A stretch of DNA of 64,000 nucleotides from an uncultured Actinomycetota bacterium (GCA_963753435.1 CAVWCF010000001.1:1626711-1690710); one strand, 5' to 3'. Positions 49,102 through 59,297 are shown, counted from the stretch's first letter. Numbers and translations: made by a program. The notes: a model not told the origin generated them from the sequence alone.

Positions 49102-49677
49102 ATGCCCGCCGATGCGCCGCTGGTCCACTTGGAGACCCGGGCGGAACTGCGCGAGTGGCTGCACGCCAACCATGACGGCGACATCTCCGCGATCTGGTTG
49201 GTGCAATGGCGCACCCCCACCGGCCGCCCGGCGATCCCCTATGACGATGTCGTCGAGGAGTGCTTGTGCTTCGGCTGGATCGACTCGACGGTCCGCAAGT
49301 TCGATGAGGAGCGTCGCGGCCTCTACCTGAGCCGCCGCAAGAGGGGCGGCACCTGGTCGGCGGTGAACAAGCGGCGCCTGGAGCACCTGCTCCCCTCCGG
49401 CCTGATGCAACCGTCGGGGCTGGCCGCGATCGAACGCGCCAAGGCCGACGGTTCCTGGACCGTCCTGGATTCCGTCGAGGCGCTGGAGATGCCGGAGGAC
49501 CTGGCCGCCGCGCTGGACGCCGCACCCTCGGCCCGCGACAACTACGAGTCGTTCAGTCGCAGCATCAAGAAGCAGATCCTGTGGTGGATCGTCAGCGCGA
49601 AACGGGAGCAGACGCGGCACAAGCGGATAGCTGAAGTCGTGGCAGCAGCGCAGTCAGGCAAGGCGCCAGTCGGATAG
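49102..49677 (+). CDS. YdeI/OmpD-associated family protein (DUF1801-related)
   Basis: Family pattern incl. C-terminal SKKQILWWIVSAKREQTRHKRI. Confidence 0.65.
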   Translation: MPADAPLVHLETRAELREWLHANHDGDISAIWLVQWRTPTGRPAIPYDDVVEECLCFGWIDSTVRKFDEERRGLYLSRRKRGGTWSAVNKRRLEHLLPSGLMQPSGLAAIERAKADGSWTVLDSVEALEMPEDLAAALDAAPSARDNYESFSRSIKKQILWWIVSAKREQTRHKRIAEVVAAAQSGKAPVG

Positions 49678-49811
49678 CGCGGTCGCCATCTCCAGGTCAC
49701 TGACGTGAGTCCGGATGTCGGCCAACGGCGGGCTGGAGGCGCCGAAACCACGCCGCCCGCCTAAGCGCACCGATATCTTCAGAGCCTGTTGGAGTAGTTC
49801 GCGCTGCGCCG

Positions 49812-52800
49812 GTGCGGGCCGGAAACCGGAGGTTGTGCGTGCGTTCGTGCGTGAGTTGCTCGACCGAGTTGCCCGCGGGCGCTCGGTTCTGCCTCGAGTG
49901 CGGCACCCCGGTTGCCCGCGTTTGCCCGGCGTGCGGAACCCCGGCCGAGCGGGGCCGCTTTTGCGGCGAGTGCGGCACCCAACTGTCGGCGGAGCCGCCG
50001 GATCAGGGCGACGCCCTGGTGGCCGAGCGACGCGTCACTTCGGTCCTGTTCGCGGACCTGGTCGGATTCACGCCGTTGTCGGAGAGCCGCGACTCCGAAG
50101 AGGTTCGCGACTTCCTGTCCCGCTACTTCGCCGAGTGCCGCACCGTCATCGGTCGTTACGGCGGAACGGTGGAGAAGTTCATCGGCGACGCGGTGATGGC
50201 CGTCTGGGGCGTGCCCAGCGCGCGCGAGGACGACGCCGAACGTGCGGTTCGCGCCGGGCTGGAGCTCACGTCGGTAATGGCCGGTCTCGGTGAGGAGGTC
50301 GGCGTCGCCGGCCTGTCGATGCGCGTTGGTGTGGTGACCGGCGAAGTAGCGGTCACCGTCGGCGCAACGAACGAGGGAATGGTTGCCGGCGACGCCGTCA
50401 ACACGGCTGCTCGCGTGCAGGCAGCCGCCGCCCCCGGTGAGATCTGGGTGGATGACGCCACCCACTCGCTCACCGCCGCCGCCATCGCCTACGAGGACGT
50501 GGGCGAGCATGAGCTCAAGGGCAAGTCCGGGCCCGTGCACCTGCATGCCGCGCGCGCCGTGGTCGCCGACGTCGGCGGCGAGCAGCGCGTCGACGGGCTG
50601 GAAGCGCCGTTGGCTGGGCGCGATCGGGATCTGCGGCTGCTGAAGGAGTTGTTCCACGGCACCGAGGAGTCCCAGCGACCCAAGCTCGTCGTGGTCGACG
50701 GTGAAGCCGGCATCGGCAAGTCGCGGCTGGCGTGGGAGTTTGAGAAGTACGTCGACGGTCTGGCCGCGGTTATCCGCTGGCATCGCGGCCGGTGCCTTTC
50801 CTACGGCGACGGTGTCGCCTTCTGGCCGCTGGTCGAGGCGGTGCGCGCGCGGCTGGGGCTCAGCGAAGGTGACTCCGGGGCGGTCGTGGCCGAGCGACTG
50901 GAAGAAGGCCTGGCGACCTACGTCCCCGATGGCGACGAACGCGACTGGCTGCGGCCGCGACTCGGCACCCTGGTCGGCGTCGAGCGCTCGGGGGCCTTCC
51001 CCCAGTCGGAGTTGTTCGTGGCTTGGACCACCTGGTTCGAGCGGGTGGGCGCGGAAGCGGCCGCGCTCGTTCTGGTTGTCGAGGACGCCCAGCACGCCGA
51101 CGAGGGGATGCTCGACTTCCTGGAGCACCTGTTGGCGAACGCGCAGTCGGCGATCTTCGTAGTCGCCTTGGCCCGGCCGGAGCTCCTGGAGCGGCGGCCA
51201 GGCATCGGCGGGCGCCGGGCGTCGGTGATCCGGCTTGATGCTTTGGACGGCAAGTCCATGGAGCGGCTCGTGGACGGGCTCGTCGAAGGCCTGTCGCCGG
51301 AGGACCGGTCGGCCATCGCAGATCGATCAGAGGGTGTTCCGCTTTTCGCCGTTGAGACGCTGCGGGCCCTGATTGACCGCGACGTCGTCGTCCCAAGTGG
51401 CGGTCGGTATGTAGTCGCCGACGACGCGAAGTTGGATCTGGAGGTCGTGGGGGCACCCGCCACCCTGCACGCGCTGGTAGCGGCGCGGATCGATGCGCTG
51501 TCCAGTGACGAGCGTCGGATCGTCGCCGATGCCAGCGTGCTTGGCATGGTTTTCACCAGGGATGGCCTGTTGGCGCTCGGCGCCGAACCGGATGTCGTCG
51601 ACCAGTGCCTGGATTCGTTGCAGCGCAAGGAGATCTTCTCGGTCCAGCAGGACCGGTTCGCCGCTGATCGCGGGCAGTTGCGCTTCGTGCAAGCAGTCGT
51701 TCGTCAGGTCGCCTACGGCACGCAGTCGCGCCGAGACCGTAAGCGCCGGCACCTGGCCGTGGCCGACTACATGTCCGGGCTGCCGGACGCCGACACCGAC
51801 TTGGCGATGGTCATCGGTCAGCATCTGCTGGACGCCGTAGACGCGTCTTCTGCCAACGACGACGACGTTGCAGCACTTAACGAACGAGCGTGTCTGCTGC
51901 TGGAGAAGGCCGGGCTTCGATCCCGCGCCCTCGGTTCCATGGCCGAAGCACATCGCCTTTTCGCCGGTGCGCTCGAACGGGCTGCGACCCCACTGGACCA
52001 GGCGCGGCTGGGAGTGGAGGCCGCCACCGCCGCTTCGGACGCGGGCGAATTCGCGCAGGCCGCCGAGATCGCGGCGACCGCGGCCGAGCAGTACGACTCG
52101 CTGGGGCTGCCGATCGAGGCCGGGTTCGCGGCCGGCATCCAGACTCAGTGCTTTGCCCTGATGCTCGACCCGGATGCCGCGATCGAAGCGGGCAGCGGTC
52201 GGTGGGACGCGCTTCAGGGCGTCGCCGGCGCCGAAGCAGCGCTGATCAGCCTTGGCAAGGGTCTGGGGATGGCCTACAACGCGCGCAGTGAGGTCGACAC
52301 GGCCGGCGAGGTCTGTCAGGTGCGGTTGCGCTCCGCCGAAGCCCTGGGCGAGCCGGAGCAAATTGCCCAGGCGATGCTCGCAGTAGGCGTGCACTACGGC
52401 TTGACCGGGTTCCCCGAGACCTCGCGGGCACTGACCGATGCCGCGGCCCGCATCTGCCGCGAGGAGGACAAGCACCTGGAGGTCCTCGCCCACTCCCTGA
52501 ACAACCTCGCTGCGTTCCACATCAGCCGCAATCTCGAAGTTGCCGAGGAGTCCGCCCGCGAGGGGCTGGCCGTGGCGCGGCGGGCGGGGGTCGCGGGTTT
52601 CGCCGACTACAACATGTTGAACCTGGCGATCGTCCTGTGGCTGTCCGGTCGCATCCAGGAGGCGACGGAGTTGCTCGACGATGCGCGCGAGTGGATCTCG
52701 TTGCCAGTACTGCAATTGGCGGTGCTGTCGCTGGACAACCGGATTCGCGAGGCGGTGGGGCGTCCACCGACCGATCTGCCTGAGGTCAAAGACACCGATG

Positions 52801-53357
52801 TGGGCGCCATCGTGATGGCCGATGTCGCGATGGCCCGTGCCATGCATGCGGGTGAATTCGACGAGGCCGCCAAGTTGGCCGAGTCGTCCCTGCCGCAGTT
52901 GTTGTCCAGCACGGGGATCGACGACGACTTCATGTGGCTGTGGCCGGAGATGGTTCGCTCCTGTGTGGCCGCTGGTGACACGGCCCGAGCAGAGCGCCTG
53001 CTTGCTCCGGTTGAGGATGCGGCCAAGGGGATCGTCTCGCCGGCGGTCTCGGCGGAGTGGCGCTGGCTTCGGGGTCTGGTGGCGGCGCTTCGCGGCGATG
53101 CCCCAGAGCAGGTGGAAGCCGACCTCCGGCGGGGCATCGCCGAACTGGACGATTTCGGGGCGCGTGGAATGCGCGCCCAGGCGCAGGAGGACCTGGCCCG
53201 TTGGCTCGTGGAGCAAGGCCGGGCCTCCGAAGCCCAGGAGTTGGTCGCGCTCGTGCGCGCCGAGTACACGGAGATGGGCGCCGACGGGTGGCTGCAGAAA
53301 CTGAACTCGTGGGCGGCGAGCAGCGTGGAACTGCCGGCCACATCCCCGTCCCGCTGA
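49812..53357 (+). CDS. multidomain signalling protein: N-terminal double zinc-ribbon, class III adenylate/guanylate cyclase domain, AAA/STAND NTPase, C-terminal TPR-like helical repeats
   Basis: CxxC x4 pairs; cyclase motifs VLFADLVGFT...EKFIGDAVMAVWG...NTAARV; P-loop GEAGIGKS; long Ala/Leu-rich helical C-terminus without LuxR HTH. Confidence 0.8.
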   Translation: MRAGNRRLCVRSCVSCSTELPAGARFCLECGTPVARVCPACGTPAERGRFCGECGTQLSAEPPDQGDALVAERRVTSVLFADLVGFTPLSESRDSEEVRDFLSRYFAECRTVIGRYGGTVEKFIGDAVMAVWGVPSAREDDAERAVRAGLELTSVMAGLGEEVGVAGLSMRVGVVTGEVAVTVGATNEGMVAGDAVNTAARVQAAAAPGEIWVDDATHSLTAAAIAYEDVGEHELKGKSGPVHLHAARAVVADVGGEQRVDGLEAPLAGRDRDLRLLKELFHGTEESQRPKLVVVDGEAGIGKSRLAWEFEKYVDGLAAVIRWHRGRCLSYGDGVAFWPLVEAVRARLGLSEGDSGAVVAERLEEGLATYVPDGDERDWLRPRLGTLVGVERSGAFPQSELFVAWTTWFERVGAEAAALVLVVEDAQHADEGMLDFLEHLLANAQSAIFVVALARPELLERRPGIGGRRASVIRLDALDGKSMERLVDGLVEGLSPEDRSAIADRSEGVPLFAVETLRALIDRDVVVPSGGRYVVADDAKLDLEVVGAPATLHALVAARIDALSSDERRIVADASVLGMVFTRDGLLALGAEPDVVDQCLDSLQRKEIFSVQQDRFAADRGQLRFVQAVVRQVAYGTQSRRDRKRRHLAVADYMSGLPDADTDLAMVIGQHLLDAVDASSANDDDVAALNERACLLLEKAGLRSRALGSMAEAHRLFAGALERAATPLDQARLGVEAATAASDAGEFAQAAEIAATAAEQYDSLGLPIEAGFAAGIQTQCFALMLDPDAAIEAGSGRWDALQGVAGAEAALISLGKGLGMAYNARSEVDTAGEVCQVRLRSAEALGEPEQIAQAMLAVGVHYGLTGFPETSRALTDAAARICREEDKHLEVLAHSLNNLAAFHISRNLEVAEESAREGLAVARRAGVAGFADYNMLNLAIVLWLSGRIQEATELLDDAREWISLPVLQLAVLSLDNRIREAVGRPPTDLPEVKDTDVGAIVMADVAMARAMHAGEFDEAAKLAESSLPQLLSSTGIDDDFMWLWPEMVRSCVAAGDTARAERLLAPVEDAAKGIVSPAVSAEWRWLRGLVAALRGDAPEQVEADLRRGIAELDDFGARGMRAQAQEDLARWLVEQGRASEAQELVALVRAEYTEMGADGWLQKLNSWAASSVELPATSPSR

Positions 53358-53399
53358 GCGGCCGCCGATTCGACCCGGTCGGGTCCTAGCAGCGCCCGA

Positions 53400-53627
53400 T
53401 CAGCTTGTTCCGGACTCGCGGATGCGGTCGCGCGCCCGCCATCGGGCAATGCGTGGAAGCTGCCACTTGATGACGCCGGTCCAGAACACCACCGCGATAA
53501 CGCCGAACTTGTAGACGTTGTTGACGGTGTCTGAGTAGCCATCGGCTGGCAGGAAGAAGAAGTACGCGGAGATGGACAGGCCGAAGAGGAAGTGGACCCA
53601 GCGCAGTGCCTTGTTCCATGTCTTCAT
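53400..53627 (-). CDS. small hypothetical membrane protein (about 75 aa)
   Basis: Two TM helices; start at internal ATG 53627 more likely than ORF-track 53684. Confidence 0.4.
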   Translation of the reverse strand: MKTWNKALRWVHFLFGLSISAYFFFLPADGYSDTVNNVYKFGVIAVVFWTGVIKWQLPRIARWRARDRIRESGTS

Positions 53628-53687
53628 GCGGCGACCGTAGCGATCAGCGGGAGATTGCGAGGCAAACTCACGCTTTAGGCTCACCGC

Positions 53688-54941
53688 GTGCGACAGCCGG
53701 GCGGAATCGGCGCGTTCTCGCTCCTGTCCGGCGCACGGTGGTTCCCGGTGGGCCTTGGCCTCTCGGTGCTCGTCCTCATCATGCAGTCACGGGGACTGTC
53801 CGTGGCGGCGGTCGGCCTCGTGGTCGGCGTCTACTCGATAACCACCCTTGCCCTGGAGCTGCCGACCGGCGCTCTTGGGGACGCCTGGAGCCGCAACCGC
53901 GTAGTCGTTCTCGGCGCGCTGACGGAGATGTGTGCGTTCCTGCTGCTGGCGGTAGCACCGGGCTTCGCAACGATGCTTGTTGCTGCGGTGCTCCTTGGGG
54001 CCGGAAGCGCGCTGGTCACCGGACCGCTGCCGGCTTGGTTCGTCGACGCCAAACTCGCAGTGGATGCGGACAGCGACCTGCGCCCGGGTCTGGCGCGTGG
54101 ACAAGCCGCGGAGACGGTGGCCCTGGCCTTGGGCATAGGCGTCGGCGGCCTCCTGCCCGGGCTCGTGGGGGAGCAGTGGCTGGGCCTGCCGTCAGGCGGA
54201 GACGCGGTGCTGGTCTCCCTTTCGGTGCCGCTGCTGCTGGCCGCGGCCGCGGAACTGCTGTTTGCCGTCCTGGTTGTGGTCTTGATGACCGGGCCGGATC
54301 ACCGGAATGAAGCGACCGGTTCGGTTTCGCAGGCGATGCGCACGGCGATCGGCGATGCCCTGCGACTGTCGCGGCGCAGTCGCATTGTTCGACTGTTGTT
54401 GGTCGGAGTTGTTGCCGTCGGATTCGTCCTGTCCGGCATGGAGCTGTTGATTCCTGGGGAACTGTCCGCGATCCAGGGCGACCCGGAGTCCGGTGCGGCG
54501 ACCTACGGCCTGCTGGCTGCTGTCGGGTTCCTGCTCGGCGCAGTGGCGGCGCTTGCGTCTCCGGCCGCTGCCCGCCGGGCCTGGCCGGGTTCCCCGGCGA
54601 AGTTGGTTGCGGCAAGTGCGCTGGCCGGCGCCCTCGGGGTCGCGGGCATCCTGTTCGGCGGGCTGGGTGCGGTCGCCGGGGGATACGTCTGGGTCTACAC
54701 GTTGCTTGCGTTCATCGGCCCACTCACTGCGGACCTGCTGCACCGGCAGGCAGACGCCTCGATCCGTAGCACCGTGTTGTCCATCGAATCCATGGCGATC
54801 GGGGTCGGCGGGATCACCGGTTCGGTGGCCCTGGGCCTGCTCAGTTCGACATTCGGCACTGGGGTCGGCTTCACGGTCATGGCCGTGGCACTGCTCGTAG
54901 CAGCTGGTTCCTACGCGCGGATCTCCAGCCAGGCCAGGTGA
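53688..54941 (+). CDS. MFS transporter
   Basis: 12 TM, MFS-type loops. Confidence 0.8.
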   Translation: MRQPGGIGAFSLLSGARWFPVGLGLSVLVLIMQSRGLSVAAVGLVVGVYSITTLALELPTGALGDAWSRNRVVVLGALTEMCAFLLLAVAPGFATMLVAAVLLGAGSALVTGPLPAWFVDAKLAVDADSDLRPGLARGQAAETVALALGIGVGGLLPGLVGEQWLGLPSGGDAVLVSLSVPLLLAAAAELLFAVLVVVLMTGPDHRNEATGSVSQAMRTAIGDALRLSRRSRIVRLLLVGVVAVGFVLSGMELLIPGELSAIQGDPESGAATYGLLAAVGFLLGAVAALASPAAARRAWPGSPAKLVAASALAGALGVAGILFGGLGAVAGGYVWVYTLLAFIGPLTADLLHRQADASIRSTVLSIESMAIGVGGITGSVALGLLSSTFGTGVGFTVMAVALLVAAGSYARISSQAR

Positions 54942-55231
54942 GCGGAAAACGGGCACTTGGGGGCGAAGGAGCGCGGCCGGATGTGACTTTGGCGCCGCCA
55001 GCCCGTACGCTTTGGGCAGCATCTCGCATTGTGGATGCCCGGGACGCCCGCAAGATGCTCCCGGTTCTGTGCTCGAAACGCTCACGTTTCAGCCTCGGAA
55101 TGCCGAATCTTGACCCAGCCGCCTGGCGTGTTTGCGCCGCGGCTGGCGCAGTGTGTGAAAGGAGGTCGCCGAAATGCGCGACCAAGATTTCGGTCCCTGG
55201 GACGACTGACGTTCCATACCTAAACGTTGAA

Positions 55232-55263
55232 CTGAGGGGAGCCCTGAACGGGGCTCCCCTCAG
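55232..55263. terminator. 13-bp perfect hairpin (CTGAGGGGAGCCC/GGGCTCCCCTCAG) between convergent genes
   Basis: Located 12 nt past the stop of the minus-strand DUF1801 gene; flanked by T-rich tracts. Confidence 0.6.
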
Positions 55264-55274
55264 TCGTTAACGGC

Positions 55275-55658
55275 TCAGTTCTGCGCGGCGGGGCGCTTCC
55301 TCGCGGCGTTCTCCTGGATCCGTTCGGTCACGACCAGCCGCACCACGTCCGCCGGCAGCGGCTCATCGGGGGTGAAGTGCAACGTGGCACCGGAGACCGT
55401 GACCCCGCGCAACTGTTCGCTGAGCCTCCGAACCAGCGGCGGGCTCATGGTGAACAGGCTGCAGTGTTTCGTGGCCGCGCCGTAGCCGACGAGCATGCCG
55501 TCCTGGGCGAACGTGGGCACTTGGTAGCTGATCAGTTCGCGCGCCTCGGGGGCGATGGAGCGGATCAGCTCCCGCAGGTCTTGCAGGGCTCGGCGAACGT
55601 CTTCTGGCTGGTTCGCGAGGTACGCGTCGACGTCAGCGGGCCCGGTGGTATTAGCCAT
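55275..55658 (-). CDS. DUF1801 domain protein
   Basis: DVDAYLANQPEDVRRALQDLRELIRSIAPEA... family pattern. Confidence 0.65.
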   Translation of the reverse strand: MANTTGPADVDAYLANQPEDVRRALQDLRELIRSIAPEARELISYQVPTFAQDGMLVGYGAATKHCSLFTMSPPLVRRLSEQLRGVTVSGATLHFTPDEPLPADVVRLVVTERIQENAARKRPAAQN

Positions 55659-55728
55659 GGCCACATGCTGACGCGCATCGCCGCCGCTTGTCACCAGGGG
55701 TTTGCAGTGGATCGGGTTCGGCCCGGGG

Positions 55729-56659
55729 CTAGGCGAACGCGTAGCTCACCCCGGTCAGGTCTTCGGACGCCTGCCAGAGCCTGGCTGCGACGTCGGCGTC
55801 GTAGGCGGACTCGGCCGCGTGCACGAGGACCGGTGCACCCCGAGTCTCCGCGATGCCACCGGGGCCGTAGTACTCCCCGCCTTTGACTTCCGGATCGGTG
55901 ACCGCGCGCAGCGACGGCAGCGCGCCGCGAGCCGCCGACTGCGCCACGATCGGCAGCAGGGGTTCGCTTACCGCCAACAGCACCGAAGTGATGCCGCCGG
56001 GACGTTGGCGGAACAGGCTGGTCGCGGCAGCGCCGGGGTGCGCGGCCACCGCGATGCAGTCCGCGCCGGCTTGCGACGAGGCGCCGCTGCAGTTCGAACG
56101 CGAACAACAGGTTCGCCAGCTTGGACTGCCCATACGCAGCACCGGGGGAGTAGTTGTCCTCGGCGTTGAGGTCCTCGAAGTTGATGCGCCCACCACGGTG
56201 CCCGCTGCTGGAGACGGTGACGACGCGGGAACCGGGTGTGCCTAGCAGTTGCGGCATCAGGTGCCCGGTCAGCGCGAAGTGGCCGAGGTGGTTCACGCCG
56301 AACTGGGTCTCGAAACCGTCGACGGTCCTGCCGTACGGGGGGATCATCACGCCGGCGTTGTTGATGAGCCCGTCCAGGCGGTCGTGGTCGGCAGTCACGG
56401 CTTTGGCGGCGGCTGCAACCGAACTCAGGTCGGCGAGGTCCAGGTGCACCGTTGCCACCGCGCCGGGCGCGCCGGTGCGCCGGATGCGTTCGGCTGCGTC
56501 CGCACCCTTGGTGAGGTTGCGGACGCCCAGCAGCACGGTGGCGCCGTGTTGGGCCAACGCCCGCGCGGTCTCCAGGCCGATGCCGCTGTTGGCGCCGGTG
56601 ACCAGGAACGTGCGCCCGGTCTGGTCACCGATGTTGTCCTCAGACCACGAGTCAGTCAT
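55729..56659 (-). pseudogene. short-chain dehydrogenase/reductase (SDR) with apparent +1 frameshift near 56060-56075
   Basis: N-terminal TGANSGIG, NNAG, YGQSK in one frame; genuine-looking C-terminus (AVAAHPG...TDPEVKGGEYYGP...LTGVSYAFA*) in another frame ending 55729. Confidence 0.7.
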
Positions 56660-56760
56660 ACGAACAGTCTCCCCCGAGTCGTGACGGCACGCCCCCGCAA
56701 GGTTGCCAGGGCTGACGTGTAGTCGCTTCGACGATAGGTTTCGCCCACCTAGGGGGTCTC

Positions 56761-57776
56761 ATGCGCACACTCGTATCGCTGCTAGCCGGCGGCGCCTTGG
56801 CGGCGACCGCGCTGGTCGTGGCCGGCCCGGCTGCGGCGGCACCACCGGCCGACAACCCCGGTGCCGAGCACCGGCGGATCGTCGACTACTGGACGCCGGA
56901 GAAGGTGGCGCAGGCGAAGTCCGCAGACCGGGTGCTGGACACCAAGGGCCGCGTCGCACCGGCCGCGCGCGGCGGCGGCGGGACCAAAGGCAAGCCCGGC
57001 GGCGGTGGCGACTCCGGCGGCGGTGGCTCGACCACCAGCGTGCTGGGGGCGTCCTGGACCGGCGGCGGTGCGGTGCTGAAGACCACCGGCAAGGTGCTGT
57101 TCTCCCTCAGCACTGGTGACTATGTGTGCTCGGCCAGCCTGGTCAACGACGGGGTTTCCGGTCGCGCGATCGCGGCCACGGCCGGGCACTGTGTCTACGA
57201 CGAACGGGCCGGTCAGTTCGCGACGAACTGGATGTTCGTGCCCGGCGTTCGACTCCGCCCCGACGTTCAACTGCAGCGCCACGGCGTTCGGTTGCTGGAC
57301 CGCGTCGGCCCTGGTGACCACGACGGCTTGGTCCGGCGGGGACTTCAACGGCGACATCGGGTTCGCCGTGCTGGGTGCCGGCGGCAAGTCCGGCGGCCAG
57401 GCCGACGACGTCGTTGGTGCGCAGGCGATCGCGTTCAACACGCACCCACCCCACGTTCGTGCACGCGTTCGGCTACCCGGCTGAGGGCAAGTACTCCGGC
57501 AGCGACCTCGTCTACTGCGCCGGCACCGACGCCGCGGACCGGTACAGCTCCGGCTCCACCACTTACGGGGTGTCGTGCTCGTTGAACGGCGGCAGCAGCG
57601 GTGGTCCGTGGTTCCGCGACTTCGTCACCAACACCGGTGTCGGCACGGTCACTTCGGTGAACTCCTACACCTACCGCGGCGTGAAGAACCGCATGTTCGG
57701 TCCCTACCTGGGCTCGTTGGCGCAGAACACGTTCAACACGGCCAAGGCTGCGACGGGCAACTCGCTCGTCGGGTAG
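56761..57776 (+). pseudogene. secreted trypsin-like serine protease with two apparent +1 frameshifts (near 57245 and 57445)
   Basis: Signal peptide; TAGHC (His) in frame 1, middle segment in frame 2, GGSSGGPW (Ser) in frame 3; both shifts are an extra C in C-runs (GTGCCCGGCG; CACCCACCCCACG). Confidence 0.7.
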
Positions 57777-57890
57777 CGGCTACCGGCGGGGCCGCTTCCG
57801 AACGAGCCCTTACCCAACTGCAGTCTGCTGCGCCTCTGTCAAGCCCCACCTCTTGCCTGCCGACAGGTAGACAGACTGGGGGAGGCGGCG

Positions 57891-58670
57891 GTGGGTGAAG
57901 TGCCCCGTGTGGCGGTCTTGTTCGACTGCGACAACGTTCCCGCCACGGCGGTCGAACCAGTTCTCACCGAGTTGGCTGCCCACGGCACGATGAGCATCAA
58001 GCGCGCCTACGGGGACTTCAGCGGCCCGCAGTTGAAGGCTTGGGCACCGGTATGCCGGGAGTTGGCCATCCATCCGGTGCAGCAGTACCCGAACCGCCCA
58101 GGCAAGAACGCGACGGATTCGGCACTGATCATCGACGCTATGGATCTGCTGTATCAGACCGAAACCGACATCTTCTGCATCATCTCCAGTGACAGCGACT
58201 TCACTCGGCTCGCCAGTCGACTGCGGGAATCCGGAAAGCACGTTCATGGCGTCGGCGCGAGGGTCGCGCCCGCGGCCTTTCAGAATGCTTGCGACCGATT
58301 CACCCACTTGGAACTGCTGCTGAATGGAACAGGTGACGAGATCGCGGGTAACGCCGTTGAAGAACGCGCCAACCCCGAGTCACGTACACGGACTGAAACT
58401 GGGGCGCCGGCTCAGACCCCCGACGGAGGCGCTGAGACACCGGTTGTCGCGAAGCTGCTGCACCGGGCGATCAAGGCATCCATCAAAGAGGATGGGTGGG
58501 CGCCCTTGTCCGCTGTCGGGTCCTACCTGATCTCCTCGCACCCCAGTTTCGACACCCGGACTTACGGACACGCGAAACTCAGCGACCTCGTACAGGCTCA
58601 GCCAGGTATCAAGGTTCGCAAGCGCACCTCCAGTGGCGGGACCGCGGTCCTCTGGGTACGCCAGACCTAG
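57891..58670 (+). CDS. NYN domain (LabA/limkain-b1-type PIN-like) protein with C-terminal OST-HTH/LOTUS-like domain
   Basis: VAVLFDCDN...KNATDSALIID...CIISSDSDF NYN core; C-terminal helical domain; GTG start after GGGGGAGG. Confidence 0.75.
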   Translation: MGEVPRVAVLFDCDNVPATAVEPVLTELAAHGTMSIKRAYGDFSGPQLKAWAPVCRELAIHPVQQYPNRPGKNATDSALIIDAMDLLYQTETDIFCIISSDSDFTRLASRLRESGKHVHGVGARVAPAAFQNACDRFTHLELLLNGTGDEIAGNAVEERANPESRTRTETGAPAQTPDGGAETPVVAKLLHRAIKASIKEDGWAPLSAVGSYLISSHPSFDTRTYGHAKLSDLVQAQPGIKVRKRTSSGGTAVLWVRQT

Positions 58671-58693
58671 TTCTGTTGGAGCTGCGGGTGGGA

Positions 58694-59269
58694 CTAGCGG
58701 TCGCGTAGCCCCTTGCCCGCCAGGATCGCGGGCACGCAGGCGTCGATGCGGCGTTGCCGGGTCTCGGACTGCTTGGCGCTGCCGAAGTGCAGGTTGTACT
58801 CCCGGCGCCGTCCCGGGGTGAGGGCGTTGAAGGCCTCGCGGAAGTCGGCGTCGGAGTCCAGGCGTTGTTGCAGCTCGTCAACGGGGACCATTTCGGGGGC
58901 AGGCCCGACCTCAGCACCGGATTCCTCGACGGCGATGGCCTCGGCGACGTAGGCGCCGATCGTTTGCGCCAGTTGCTCGACTTGTTCGGCCGACGTCAGG
59001 CAGATGCGCAGTGCCGACCTTGTCTGCTCACCCTGGCTCTGCAGGATCTGCTCGGGGTCGGACAGCAGCGCCCCTTTGAAGAACATGACCGCCAGGAAGT
59101 CCTTCATCTCCTGCAGGATCAGGATGTTCTTGCCGCCGTGGCTGTAGCAGGGCTTGCCCCACTTGATGGATTCGTCCAGGCCGGCGCTTAGCAGGATCGG
59201 GCGGACCGCGGCGATCTCGTCGGGCCACAGTTTGGATCGGGCGACGTACTCGTCGACCTTGGCGTTCAC
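58694..59269 (-). CDS. YdeI/OmpD-associated (DUF1801-type) protein, second paralog in window
   Basis: Family pattern incl. PGRRREYNLHFGSAKQSETRQRRI; GTG start 59269. Confidence 0.6.
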   Translation of the reverse strand: MNAKVDEYVARSKLWPDEIAAVRPILLSAGLDESIKWGKPCYSHGGKNILILQEMKDFLAVMFFKGALLSDPEQILQSQGEQTRSALRICLTSAEQVEQLAQTIGAYVAEAIAVEESGAEVGPAPEMVPVDELQQRLDSDADFREAFNALTPGRRREYNLHFGSAKQSETRQRRIDACVPAILAGKGLRDR

Positions 59270-59297
59270 CCGCGCAAGGTAGCGGGCGGGGTGCCGA

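Noticed and set aside
54938-55270. 110-aa ORF in the convergent intergenic region
   Set aside because: No codon bias, no SD, low-complexity; region more likely non-coding RNA/terminator
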